Part shown: positions 23,935-36,165 of the stretch, piece after piece | How the letters are laid out: every line of letters begins with the position of its first letter | Numbering within the stretch: position 1 is the stretch's first letter | Assembly (NCBI RefSeq): GCF_001194135.2 | Contig: NC_068985.1 | Location: forward strand, 118,418,203 to 118,457,822 | Direction: 5' to 3' | DNA: 39,620 nt | Source of the DNA: Octopus bimaculoides | Lineage: Eukaryota | The notes under the pieces: model-generated | Databases searched by the model: none | What the model saw: only the letters and a program-made list of their open reading frames with translations | Told to the model about the DNA's origin: nothing | Translations under genes and position numbers: made by a program

Positions 23935-25073
23935 GTGAGTTGAATAGAAAATATTGTTTACTGATGAACACTAATTTAAGACGGCAAAAATATCAACAGG
24001 CCGATTGAGAGAACATGAACTATATATCTGTCACTTGAATGGTGACTGTGTTATAGGAATCTACCATTTTATCTCTCTCAACTTAAATACTATAAACTAA
24101 AGTATCGCGAAATGTATAGAAAACAGTGAATTAAAGAAGGCTTGGGAAAGGTTGTTGGAACACTAAACAATATTAACAAAGACATTGAAATGTTACACTA
24201 GAAATATTTATTTTTGGTTATTTCAGGTGACATACCCCTTTTCAAAGAGAACAAAAGTTTGGGAAGTAAACATGTCCATTAGGTTACTATTTTAACTGCT
24301 ATTATGTTTTGATGCTTGAGACAACAAATAGCACCAGAAGTCAATATGCCCTGTTTCCAAACAAAGTAATATTTCCCCAGGGCTGGGTATGTTTGCATAG
24401 AAGACTGGGAATGAGGGTCACCACTTATGTGACAGTGACATTTGTTTATAACTCTCATGTTATGTCAAACAAGAAGACACTTATATAAATGTGTATATTC
24501 AGTTTTTATCTATCAAATCCACTCACAAGGCTTTGGTTGGCCTGGGACTATAGTAGAAGACACTTGCTTCAAGTGCCATGCAGTGGGGACTGAACTCCAA
24601 ACCACATGGTTGAGGAGCAAGCATCTTAATAAAGGCAGCCATGTCTTTTATTACATTTTTTTTTTAAAGACACCTTATCTTAGAGAACCTCAGGATTTTT
24701 CACAGAAACACTTTCTGCAGTTGCTTGATAGAAAATAGCAGCCAAATCTCCCTGAAATTAAACTATGTTGTTTTATTAAAATGAAGTACACATTAGATAA
24801 TATACTCTACTGCTCAGAACTAGGTAACAACAACAGCTGTAGATGTAAGGTTTGAACTAATGTGCATGTCATCAACATCTTTGCCTGAGTTATTGTGCAT
24901 GCATGGAAATGTCTGTATGTACATACGAGGACGTAACTGACCAACTTTCATAAGAAAAATCTTATCTAAGGTATCTGAAGTATTATTTATACTCTTTTAC
25001 AAAAGAAAACAGCATTGTGCATTGTGAAAAAAAAAAAACAAATGTCATTTTCTTTTTTTTTTTTTTCTTTCAG

Positions 25074-25166
25074 CTCTTCTTCCTGTTATGATAAGTGAAG
25101 GAGGTGGGCATATTATTGGAATCAGTAGCATCCAAGGTAAAATTGCAATACCGTATCGGACTGCAT
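25074..25166 (+). CDS. DHRS7B: DHRS7B exon 4
   Basis: Long polypyrimidine tract plus cag; (A)[30 protein letters not shown]; donor t|gtaagt, phase 1. Confidence 0.93.
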
Positions 25167-26366
25167 GTAAGTAAAATTTATGATGGAAAAATATTTTTTG
25201 GCCTTAATTCATAATTTCTGTTTATGTTAAGTGGAAATATGGAGGGGAACTGAGTAAAATGAAGTAGAACAGAGTGCTAGAACAAATACTATAAGGCATG
25301 TTATCCTACATTCTAATGACTGCCTTTGGTATGTGACATATTTCATGACGCCTTACAGACATGATGTATCATCTCTGCTTTTAACCCTTGCTACTAAAGC
25401 AACTTCTGCTCTTTTGAGCTGGACACTTTTATACTTACTTTATTAATAAAAATCTCTTGTGTTACTCTCATGCATTTTATGTCTCACACTAAATATTTCA
25501 CATACCTTTAATTTTCTTGTAGACATCTACGTAGTGATCGTGAAATTAAGCATATCTCTCTTACCATATGGGAAGTCTTGAAAAACTCATGCACATTACA
25601 CCTCCTTTATAAAATTTATTTATAACAACCTGCTGAATAGCAAATATTTAGACTTTGCTCATGTAATGAGGGAATACATAAACTTGCTTTATCAGAGGTA
25701 ATGAGAATCCAAGTATGATTTTAATCTGGATTTCTGAGATGTTGGATTATCTTTATCATACACTGATATATTCAGACTTATGTGTCCCCATCTTGGTTGT
25801 TATAATCACAATGTTATGGTGGTTGCACACTCTGACCATCTCCAGGTGTTGTATTCAGTAACATTTTCAGGAGTTTGACTCAGATGTTCTGTCAAATTCA
25901 TTGGGATAGATTGTTTTCATTCCATTAACCATCCCTGGGATATTCTCATAGTAGCCATTCTACTACTGGTGATAATGCTTATTTGTTCTGCTTAAATCAG
26001 AGCACATATAGATCAACTGGTACAGCGATTGAACTCATAATCACCAGGTAAATGAGAACACTTAACACTAGAGATTTAATCAATACTAATGTTTACTATT
26101 TCCCTGATTTATCTGGTTCAAATGGAACAAGCAAGCAACATTACAAGTTGGGGAGAGTCACTAATACCAAACTCTCTATAGTATGAACAACGAAATAAGA
26201 AAAATCTGCATGGTTTTAATAATGGGTTGGGTTTCAAATTCTGAGAACATTACTAAATACAACAGGCATCTGAAGAAAGGCAAAAATACACTGGTCAAAA
26301 TATTCTGACTATAGCAACTCAGAGGACACTAGTTCAAATGTTAGTGTACAATAATCAATCCAAATA

Positions 26367-26506
26367 TCATCATCATCATCATCGTTTAACGTCCGCTTTC
26401 CATGCTAGCATGGGTTGGACGATTTGACTGAGGACTGGTGAAACCGGATGGCAACACCAAGCTCCAATCTAATTTGGCAGAGTTTCTACAGCTGGATGCC
26501 CTTCCT
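26367..26506 (-). mobile_element. RTE-type retroposon tail with (GAT)n
   Basis: Near-identical to 22620-22762. Confidence 0.9.
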
Positions 26507-26616
26507 TATGTCTTCATAAAAGTATTTGAGTTGGAATCCTTTTGTCAAAATAAATCGAATTCTGAGTTCTGGATGTTGTGACCATAATCATTCTTTTATT
26601 ATATCATTCCCACTAG

Positions 26617-26769
26617 ATGCAGCATCAAAACATGCATTCCAAGCTTTCTTTGATAGTTTAAGAGCAGAAGTGTGTGACAAGAACATCACTGTGAGTGTCT
26701 TAAGTCCAAGCTATATCCGTACTAATATTTCTATAAATGCTGTACGTGCCGATGGATCACAACATAATG
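26617..26769 (+). CDS. DHRS7B: DHRS7B exon 5 with catalytic YxxxK
   Basis: Acceptor cccactag; (Y)[18 protein letters not shown]...[22 protein letters not shown]; donor g|gtaagt, phase 1. Confidence 0.93.
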
Positions 26770-27347
26770 GTAAGTCTTTTAGTTAATTCCTTGTATGCTT
26801 ATTTTTGCCACTCAGCTTGTGTATATGATATTGCCATTTCTGTCTGTCTTTTAACTGACTGAATAATATATTTGTTTCTTCTCCCATGTATATGTACAGT
26901 TGCACATGTGTAGATGTGAGAATAAGATATTGGGCTTCATGCTTCATGCATTGTGAGTTCAAATAGGCTCAGGTTATTTTGTTGTGTTTCTAAGGAGAAT
27001 GCTATAGCCACAAAGCCTCAGTCTACTTTATTGTTGGGAATTGATACCCAAGTTTCTGGGATTGATCTTTCATTGATACATATCTCTCATCATGAAAGGT
27101 TATACATTTATGTAAAACCTTTCATGCTGTATATGTATGGTTTTAGAAGAGGTACACCATGCTTTTGCATGTCGTAAGATGTGACTAAATGGGTTGGCAC
27201 CACAAAGGGCATCTGATCATAAAACACTGCTTCAAAAAGTCCTAACCAACTCATGCTAGCATGGAAAAGCAGATATAAGAACAATGATTTTAAATATATA
27301 AGATTTGTGAAGAACCGGTTAGGTTTGATCTAAGAATGTTGAACTTA

Positions 27348-27785
27348 GGCGCAAGAGTGGCTGTGTGGTAAGAAGGTGCAGGATTGTGGCTGTGTGGTAA
27401 GAAGCTTGTGTCCCGACCACATGGTTCTGGGTTCAGTCCCACTGTGTAACACCTTGGGCACGTCTTCTTCTATAGCCTCGGATCAACCAAAGCCTTGTGA
27501 GTGGATTTGGTAGATGGAAACTGAAAGAAACCCGTCATTATACATACATACATACATACATATGTGTATGTTTGTGTGTACTTGGGTGTGTCATTGTTTG
27601 TTCCTCCCACCATTGCTTGACAAATGGTGTCGATGGGTTTACGCCCCCGTAACTTAGCGGTTCGGTAAAAGATGCCGATAGAATAAGTACTAGTCTTACA
27701 AAAGATAAATCCTGGTGTCAGTTTGTTCAACTAAAGGCGGTGCACCAGCATGGCCGCAGTCAAATGACTGAAACAAGTAAAGAAG
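27348..27785 (+). mobile_element. Near full-length tRNA-derived SINE with a short duplicated head
   Basis: gtggctgtgtggtaagaag occurs twice; B-box-like gggttcagtccc; then ccttgggca.gtcttc.tctatagcc core, microsatellite and gactgaaacaagtaaaag end. Confidence 0.85.
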
Positions 27786-28471
27786 AAGATTAAATGACCC
27801 TGGATTTAGAGAAGTGTAACAATACTTTATTGCAAATCTGTTTAGTCAATGCTACAGGGGATAAATGAATATTAGAGCAGTGACGACAATGAAAACTACA
27901 GTCTAAAATAAACGTAGCTGGTCTGCTTTACTTTTCTTCCTTCAGGAACCTTGAAAATGAAGTGATGACATATTCTTTTTTCTATGTTTTAAGGCATTGC
28001 TCATGAACTTGGTAGGTCCTTTGAGATTAATATGGTTGATGTTTGGTTTAAATATTTATAAACTGACTCCTGCTCAGCGGCCAGACAAGCTTTTATGTAT
28101 GATTTGTAAACAAACAACTTGCAACCGTTTTTGTATGATGGTGACTTTTGTTTACAATTGGTGTGAACATGTTAAGACAAGGAAAACACACACACATGTT
28201 CATTCAAACAGATACATGTATGATGGACTTCTGACTGTTTCTGTCTACCAAATTTCTCTTACAAATCTTTGGTCAGCCACAGCATAGTGACAGAAGACAT
28301 CAGCTGACAGTGTGACAATGTCCATACAGAGGTTGTGAACTCTAAACCATGTGGTTCCAATAAGAACTTCTTGACCACATGTACCTATGTTTATGAGTTA
28401 AAATATAATATTTGTTTTTTATTGTATCATGCTATTTAAAAATATAATTTCTTTCTTTCATCTTTTTCTAG

Positions 28472-28683
28472 TTTTAGATAACACAATTGCAAAAGGAATG
28501 AAAGCAGAATATGTTGCTCAACGTATTCTAGATATGGTCCTATGGAAAGAGCATGATGTCTTACTTGGTCCTCTTCATCACAGAATTGCCTGCTATCTAC
28601 GACCAATCTTCCCAAATATATTCTTTTATATAATGGCAAAGAGAGCATTAAAGGAGCGTCATGAATTTGATAAGGAGAAGTAG
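28472..28683 (+). CDS. DHRS7B: DHRS7B exon 6 (terminal)
   Basis: Acceptor tctttttctag; (V)LDNTIAKGMKAEYVAQRIL...YLRPIFPNIFFYIMAKRALKERHEFDKEK*. Total spliced CDS 921 nt = 306 aa; recognisable as DHRS7B by the [25 protein letters not shown] signature. Confidence 0.92.
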
Positions 28684-28860
28684 AGTCCCTCATATTTGTT
28701 CATATAGTTTCCTAATTCCCTTTCTTTTGCTTAATAATAAAATTTCCTACAAACTGAAATGACATTAAGCCTTTCTGAATACATGACTACTAATTAAAAA
28801 TAAATTGTGTTCTGTTAAGGTTAAAGTCGTAACCATTTGCAAAATGGTATGGTGAATATC

Positions 28861-29070
28861 ATCATCATCATTATCATTTAACATCCGCTTTCCATGCTGG
28901 CATGGATTGGACGTTTTGACAGGAGCTGGCTAGGCAGAAGACTGCACCAGGCTTCAATTTTGGCATGGTTTTTACAGCTGGATGCCCTTTTTAACACCAG
29001 CCACCCCACAGAGTGGACTGAATGCTTTTTACGTGGCACCAGCACTGGCAGGGTCAGCAAGTAACTTGCA
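28861..29070 (-). mobile_element. Older RTE-type tail
   Basis: (cat)n-ttaacatccgctttccatgctggcatgg...cagctggatgccc...ttttacgtggcacc, a diverged relative of the 11330-11613 copy. Confidence 0.75.
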
Positions 29071-29340
29071 AGACAAAGAAAGGTTATTAGAGTGTGAGAG
29101 ACAGAAACAGGTGTCTTGCTGTAGAGGAGATACAAGGTTACCCTGTCAGAGAGAGAGTGAGAGTGGTCAAGATTGAGGCCAGAAACAGGTGTGTTGCTGT
29201 AAAGGAGACACATGGTTAACCAGTGAGAGGGAGATGGCAAGAGAAAGAGAGAGTGGAAGAGAGCAGGAGAGAGATGGTTGTGAAGTGCCAGGGCATACTC
29301 ACACGGAATGGGGAACAAAATATAAATGGGATGGTAGAGT

Positions 29341-29661
29341 TCTTTTATCTTTTACTTGTTTCAGTCATTTGATTACAGCTATGCTGGAGTACCACCTTTT
29401 AGTTGAACAAATCGACCCTAGGACTTATTTTTGAAGCCTAATACTTATTCTATCTGTCTCTTTTTCTGAACTGCTAAGTTATGGGGACATAAACACATCA
29501 CCACCAGTTGTCAAGCGGTGGTGGGGGACAAATATAGACACAGAGACACACACACACATAGATATATACATACATACAACAATCTTCTTTCAATTTCCAT
29601 CTACCAAATCCATTCACAAGGCTTTGGTTGGCCCAAAGCTATAGTAGAAGACTCTTGCCCA
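29341..29661 (-). mobile_element. tRNA-derived SINE (same family as 1-259), 5' truncated
   Basis: Reverse complement of cttgggcaagagtcttctactatagc...gactgaaacaagtaaaag. Confidence 0.85.
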
Positions 29662-29699
29662 AGCTTTATACCACAAAGTTGAGATGGGTGCTGGCAAAG

Positions 29700-30662
29700 T
29701 GCATTTACCTCTAACTTCCTTAGAGACCTCCAAATAACAGAGTCAGGAACTCTGTCAAAAGCTTTCCCCAGGTTGACAAAAGCCAAGTACAATGGCTTAC
29801 TTTTGGCCAAATACTTTTCCTGCAGCTGTCTCACTAGGAAGATGGCATCTGTGGTACTCATCCCAGGTACAAAACCAAACTGCATCTCATCTAGTTTAAT
29901 TCTATTTCTAATCAATTGAGTTATAACTCTAACTTTCATGAGCTGGTCCAGCAATTTGATACGTCTGTAGTTGTTTATAAGGCATCACCTTTACTCTTGT
30001 AGCAGCTAACTATAATACTACTACACTAGCCATTGGGAAGGACACTTTCCTGAATAACNNNNNNNNNNNNNNNNNNNNNNNNNNNNNNNNNNNNNNNNNN
30101 NNNNNNNNNNNNNNNNNNNNNNNNNNNNNNNNNNNNNNNNNNNNNNNNNNNNNNNNNNNNNNNNNNNNNNNNNNNNNNNNNNNNNNNNNNNNNNNNNNNN
30201 NNNNNNNNNNNNNNNNNNNNNNNNNNNNNNNNNNNNNNNNNNNNNNNNNNNNNCATATGAAAGACTCTCCTTCTCCCATACATTTTCTACATTTAGTAAC
30301 CTTTCATAGTGGCACTTCCATGCATCTTTCTTCTCTGAGTCACTAAGTGCAAGTATAGCATTATCCATTTGCAGACATTTCTCACCCACCACATTGCTAT
30401 TCTCTCTGATACACTACTTTGCAATCCTGAACACCTCATGCTGTAGAACATTGACAAATCTCTTACCTTCTGTTATCGCTTTTGCTATGTAAACTTGTCA
30501 CCTAGCTGCCTGATATAATTCTCTGCTTCCACCATTTTTCCAGCCTTTCCAGGCCTGTCTCTTTGCTTTTATAGCACTGTCTACCTCTGTATTCCACTAC
30601 CATGTTACTCTTGGCCTAGCTGGGACTTTGAACCAATCAGAGATTTTGTCTGTAACCCTCAG
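29700..30662 (-). mobile_element. RTE-clade LINE ORF fragment (endonuclease-RT linker and start of RT), spans a gap
   Basis: KLDEMQFGFVPGMSTTDAIFLVRQLQEKYLAKSKPLYLAFVNLGKAFDRVP..VIWRSLRK (QFGF and AF.D..KAFD.V RT motifs); upstream DSEKKDAWKCHYERLLNVEN. Confidence 0.9.
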
Positions 30663-30690
30663 TATATATATATATATATATATATATACA

Positions 30691-31419
30691 TACATATATG
30701 TACATACCTACATATATATGTATATATACATGCATATATGGGTACAGGACATAAAAAAAACGTAGACAGAATGAGAAACGAGAACATAAAAAGCAAAAAC
30801 ATAGAAAACAAACTTTTTTTCGAACAACAAAAAAAGCAAACAGAGAAATGAGACATGCAATATAAAGAACATTCCCTTCATCAGTTGTCCCCTGTTTTAT
30901 CTACTCCGCGTTTCAAAGGTAAGGACAAGGCACGACTTTGTTAAAACAGTCCATCCCGCAAAGCAAATGAAATAAAATTTGGGATTTTTTGCGGAGGGTG
31001 AAAGTGGTAACAAAAACAGGACAGTGAGAACAAAACAGTAAAAACAAACGGTGAGGGCTGTTAAGCCAAGGCAGTGGATGCTAGAAAAACAAGCTTTGAG
31101 AAGAGACAGATAAAAGCACGTCTTATCTTTAAGAAGGAAGTGGAAGAAAGAATGGCCATTGGTCATGTGTGAGCAACAAGAGAGTCAAGGAGGATTCAAA
31201 ACGTGGAGTAGATAAAACAGGGGACAACTGATGAAGGGAATGTTCTTTATGTTGCATGTCTCGTTTCTCTGTTTTTTTCGTTGTTCGGAAGAAAGTTTGT
31301 TTTCAGTGTTTTTGTTTTTTATGTTCTCGTTTCTCATTGTATGTTTTTTTGATGTCCTGTACCCATATATGCATGTATATATATATATACATATATATGT
31401 AGGTATGTACATATATGTA
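30691..31419. mobile_element. Foldback element with inverted arms of about 220 bp and a 284-bp spacer, embedded in (TA)n
   Basis: Arms 30691-30913 and 31198-31419 are reverse complements with scattered substitutions, including the mirrored tacatatatgtacatacctacatatatatg ends. Confidence 0.8.
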
Positions 31420-31494
31420 TATATCTATATATTATATGATTGAACACCACACATCCTTTTCCAAGTAAGTTTTATCTATCTATCTATCTATCTA

Positions 31495-31529
<35 letters not shown>

Positions 31530-32919
31530 NNNNNNNNNNNNNNNNNNNNNNNNNNNNNNNNNNNNNNNNNNNNNNNNNNNNNNNNNNNNNNNNNNNNNNN
31601 NNNNNNNNNNNNNNNNNNNNNNNNNNNNNNNNNNNNNNNNNNNNNNNNNNNNNNNNNNNNNNNNNNNNNNNNNNNNNNNNNNNNNNNNNNNNNNNNNNNN
31701 NNNNNNNNNNNNNNNNNNNNNNNNNNNNNNNNNNNNNNNNNNNNNNNNNNNNNNNNNNNNNNNNNNNNNNNNNNNNNNNNNNNNNNNNNNNNNNNNNNNN
31801 NNNNNNNNNNNNNNNNNNNNNNNNNCGTATGATATGGCTTATAACTAGTAATAGAAAAATGTTTGTCTTAGTATACTACTGTGTTGTCTTGTTTCAAAGC
31901 TTTACTGTACTGTAGAATATATCTATAAAATTTTATCCAACATAATGTAGTTGACAGATGTAAACAACATATTTTTATATAGCAAAATGAACTGTTCCAA
32001 CTAAATTTGAAAAAGAATGACAATGATAATAAAAAATATTTATAAAATAAATTCAAATACTTTTCTACAATATTGCCTGTTTTCATTTTATATCACATTT
32101 GATGAATAATAGCATTGCTAGTTTAATGTTTCCAAAGGGCTTCAATGCATTTATGATAGTGTCAAGGGACTGTCTGTGCAATTTGGGCAGAACAAATTTT
32201 TATTCTAAAGCATTGGTTTTTCTTTGCCAGAATTTATATATTTTCTTCACACACATGTGCACGCACACACACACACAGTGTATTGTAAGTGGTTTATGCC
32301 TAAAAATTTCCACTTACAATACACTGGTCAGCTGAAGGTTATGGTAGAAAATACTTGCCAAGTGTTGTGCAGTGTGATTGAAACTGGAACCACATTAGTA
32401 GTTTAGTGAAAGATGAACTAAGTGCAAAATAAATACCCTGTTTAATTCATACACTATCCATAAGAACCATTGGATTGGTTCTCAACTTTGGTTTCTTGGT
32501 GTTTTACCTTTTAAAGGTAAATTTTCCAGAAAACCTAGCTGATGTAGGAATAATGTTATACCCAGAAAAAAAAAACAAAACAAAAATATCTGGAGTGAAT
32601 TTGATCTCAAACCAGTTTCTCTCTATCTAGTTTCATGATTGATGTATTTCAAGGGATCCAAATGTCAATATTAAAAAAAAAAAAGTACTGAAATATTCAT
32701 ATTTAATAAACTGAAAGCACACAAATAAATAAATACAAGAAAATTTCTGGGTGTCAAAGCTTGTCTTTTTTTTTTATTTTAATATAAATATAATGGTTAG
32801 TTCCTTTGAAGCATGATGATCTGAGCTGCAGAAAGATAAGTTTACAAAAAAGTTCAATGTAATCTCCGCAGCATTATTTAGCATGTAACTACTCTTTCAA
32901 AAAGGTGTGTTAGCTAACT

Positions 32920-34710
32920 TCAGGTAAGCATAAACATTTCGAATATTAAGATTTTTTTCTTTTTCCGCTTTTTCTGAACAAGATAATTACCACTTTCAAT
33001 AAAGTGTGGTTTTGGTCATTCGTAATTAAACCCAGCGATTTTTTTCAATGTTTTCAGATGTCAGTGGTCAAAGGATAATACCAGTAATGGCACTAATTTG
33101 GTTTCACGAATCGTGAAACGTTGCCCTGATAAGAATACCATCGGTTTTCTCAGCAAGATCTTTGTTTTTAAAGTATCGCCTGGCATAATTAAAGGTATAT
33201 TGTCCGGTAGATACACACAACAAGCAATATTCCAAGTTGCACTGTATAACAGCTGGATATACTTGTGGCTAATAGGTTTATGACGTCCTCCTTCAGCTGG
33301 AGTAAGAACATAAATTTGCGCTTCAAACATGTCATATTGTTTAAAAGTGTTAGGCTGAGCCAAAAACATACCTCGTAACACAGCTTCTTGGTGCATACCT
33401 CTTAGAAGTGCCCCTGCATTGTCACCGGCTGAACAAGATAAAACTGAATTTTTGAAAATTTGTTTATCAGATACAACAGATTTTAAAGAAGCACCGTGTC
33501 CCAGTATATCAACATTATTACCTTTTTTTATAATACCTTGCTGGACAGTTCCAACGGCAACAGTACCACGTCCTTTAATCGCTACAGCCGAATCTATGGG
33601 GAAAAGAAACGGTGCTTCTACATTTCGATCAGGAATAATTATATAGTTATCCATTGCTGCAATTAATTTTTGAATAGAGTTCTCAAATTGGGACACACCA
33701 TTCAAAGCTTGAAGAGCCGATCCATCAAAGCCATACTCGTCTAACAATTCCTGAGTCTCTATTTCCACGAGTTCAGCTAATTCAGAATCAACCAAATCAA
33801 TCTTATTGAGGAAAATAACAATTCTTTCAATTCCTATTTGTCTTGCTAAAAGGAGATGTTCGCGAGTTTGCGGCATAGTGCCATCTGTAGCAGCAACAAC
33901 CAAAATAGCTCCATCCACTTGCGAGGCACCCGTAATCATATGCTTGATGTAATCGACATGGCCTAGACAGTCTATGTGAGTGTAGTGACGCCTTAATAGC
34001 AGACGACATTTCCGGAAAGCTTATCCACACATGCGCAGGGACTAGTTCCGGAAGGAATACAGGAAGAGTCTGATGCGCATGCGTAGTCATCGACATCCAA
34101 GCTTTGCGTGGATTTTCATTCTCTTTCTCGCTGGCCGACGAAGGGCCTGGACGTCGTAGCAGCCTCTCTCCAACATTCCAACTTTGGAGCTAGACAAATA
34201 ACCATGCAACATCATTGACGGCGTCTCAGTAACCAAAGGGCGAAGTGCTGCGGAATTCTATTGTAATAAATATTGTTGTGTTGATAGTTCAGAATCTGCG
34301 TTCCGTTGTTTCTTCAAGAAAATTAATTACGGAAGCGGAGTACACCTAATGGTGTATAACCACTTCCCTACATGAGCATAATGTCGACATAAACTTTCAT
34401 ACTGAACGAGAGCTGTGTTGATAGTAATTCCATGCAATCTTTCCTGAGGTGAACGATCGATATCTTCGTAGCAAGTGTACTTCGTCAAACCCTCTTTGGA
34501 AAGTACTTTAGTAATAGCAGCAGTTAAAGTCGTCTTACCGTGGTCTATATGTCCAATCGTACCGACATTGCAGTGTTCTTTATTCAACGGTTTACTGGAG
34601 AATTTTCTGTGAAAAGGTTTCCAATTCGATTTCTTATTTGAGGAATGTCTTACTAATTTACATATTTTTAACAAACATTTCCTCGCGTAAAGACCGTAAA
34701 ACACAGCCAT
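32920..34710 (-). pseudogene. TUFM: Intronless, disrupted mitochondrial elongation factor Tu (probably EF-Tu2-type paralog)
   Basis: Basic presequence, [47 protein letters not shown]. Lesions: solo LTR at 33981-34372, missing residues between GFD and GSAL, DCPGH to DCLGH, KNM to KHM, frameshifts near 33090 and 33040, TGA stops at 33068-33070 and 33016-33018 in the homologous frame. Confidence 0.85.
33981..34372 (+). mobile_element. Solo LTR (392 bp) with 4-bp TSD TGAG
   Basis: Starts TGTAGTGA, ends TTCCCTACA (TGTAG/CTACA terminal inverted repeat); tgag at 33977-33980 and 34373-34376; AATAAA at 34265-34270. Removing it restores the EF-Tu frame (RHYAH-IDC). Confidence 0.88.
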
Positions 34711-35370
34711 GCTTGCTAAGGGTCACCCCTGAACTGACAGTGTCATCTGGTGGTTCNNNNNNNNNNNNNNNNNNNNNNNNNNNNNNNNNNNNNNNNNNNN
34801 NNNNNNNNNNNNNNNNNNNNNNNNNNNNNNNNNNNNNNNNNNNNNNNNNNNNNNNNNNNNNNNNNNNNNNNNNNNNNNNNNNNNNNNNNNNNNNNNNNNN
34901 NNNNNNNNNNNNNNNNNNNNNNNNNNNNNNNNNNNNNNNNNNNNNNNNNNNNNNNNNNNNNNNNNNNNNNNNNNNNNNNNNNNNNNNNNNNNNNNNNNNN
35001 NNNNNNNNNNNNNNNNNNNNNNNNNNNNNNNNNNNNNNNNNNNNNNNNNNNNNNNNNNNNNNNNNNNNNNNNNNNNNNNNNNNNNNNNNNNNNNNNNNNN
35101 NNNNNNNNNNNNNNNNNNNNNNNNNNNNNNNNNNNNNNNNNNNNNNNNNNNNNNNNNNNNNNNNNNNNNNNNNNNNNNNNNNNNNNNNNNNNNNNNNNNN
35201 NNNNNNNNNNNNNNNNNNNNNNNNNNNNNNNNNNNNNNNNNNNNNNNNNNNNNNNNNNNNNNNNNNNNNNNNNNNNNNNNNNNNNNNNNNNNNNNNNNNN
35301 NNNNNNNNNNNNNNNNNNNNNNNNNNNNNNNNNNNNNNNNNNNNNNNNNNNNNNNNNNNNNNNNNNNNNN

Positions 35371-35712
35371 CCTAGAGCTACGGAACTTCGTTCGTTGCTC
35401 TTGGCCCGAACGTACGTACGTTCATTCGAGCCAAGAGCTACGGAACTTCGTTCGTTGCTCTTGGCCCGAACGCACGTACGTACGTTCGAACCAAGAGCTA
35501 CGGAACTTCGTTCGTTGCTCTTGGCACGAACGTACTTACGTTCGTTCGAGCCAAGAGCTACGGAACTTCGTTCGTTGCTCTTGGCCCGAACGCACGTATG
35601 TTCGTTCGAGCCTAGAGCTACGGAACGTCGTTCGTTGCTCTTGGCCCGAACGCACGTTCGTCCGTTGGAGCCTAGAGCTACGGAACTTCGTTCGTTGCTC
35701 TTGCCCTGAACG
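35371..35712. repeat. 60-bp CpG-rich minisatellite, about 5.7 units (right end of an array)
   Basis: Unit cc(t/a)agagctacggaacttcgttcgttgctcttggcccgaacg(t/c)acgtacgttcgttcgag at exact 60-bp period. Confidence 0.95.
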
Positions 35713-36165
35713 TACAAGTGTCATTGTAAGTACAGCCATCAGAACACAAAGAGCTGTATTAAATACNNNNNNNNNNNNNNNNNNNNNNNNNNNNNNNNNN
35801 NNNNNNNNNNNNNNNNNNNNNNNNNNNNNNNNNNNNNNNNNNNNNNNNNNNNNNNNNNNNNNNNNNTGCTTGCTAAGGGTCACCCCTGAACTGACAGTGT
35901 CATCTGGTGGTTCGTATTGCAAGTCCGATAACTCTAAATTACTATATCCCTGTTGTGAACTTCAGGTTACCGGGGATCATAATAACAACGATTTCTTAAT
36001 GATTTTATAATAACAACAATACCAATACTAACACAGCGTAGTTCATGAAATACATATGTAAACAGGGTTACAAGGCTACCTTCGCCTACTCGGTGCTCTT
36101 AAGTACATATAACTAAGAGCTTGACAATGAAATCAAAACAAATAGGGGAAATACAAAAATAGACA

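Noticed and set aside
30860-30920. Hammerhead ribozyme in the 30.7-31.4 kb foldback arms
   Set aside because: GAAAC and CUGAUGA are present, but helix I between them does not pair and no GAAA follows CUGAUGA.
33981-34372. Intron or exon duplication explaining RHYAHV versus RHYTHI in EF-Tu
   Set aside because: No GT-AG pair restores the protein (cat|gtaggg joined to atag|ac shifts the frame). TG...CA ends plus the TGAG duplication explain it exactly as a solo LTR.
33061-34710. Bacterial tuf by contamination or horizontal transfer
   Set aside because: It has a basic N-terminal presequence, AT-rich codons and metazoan mitochondrial-type residues, and it is contiguous with host repeats.
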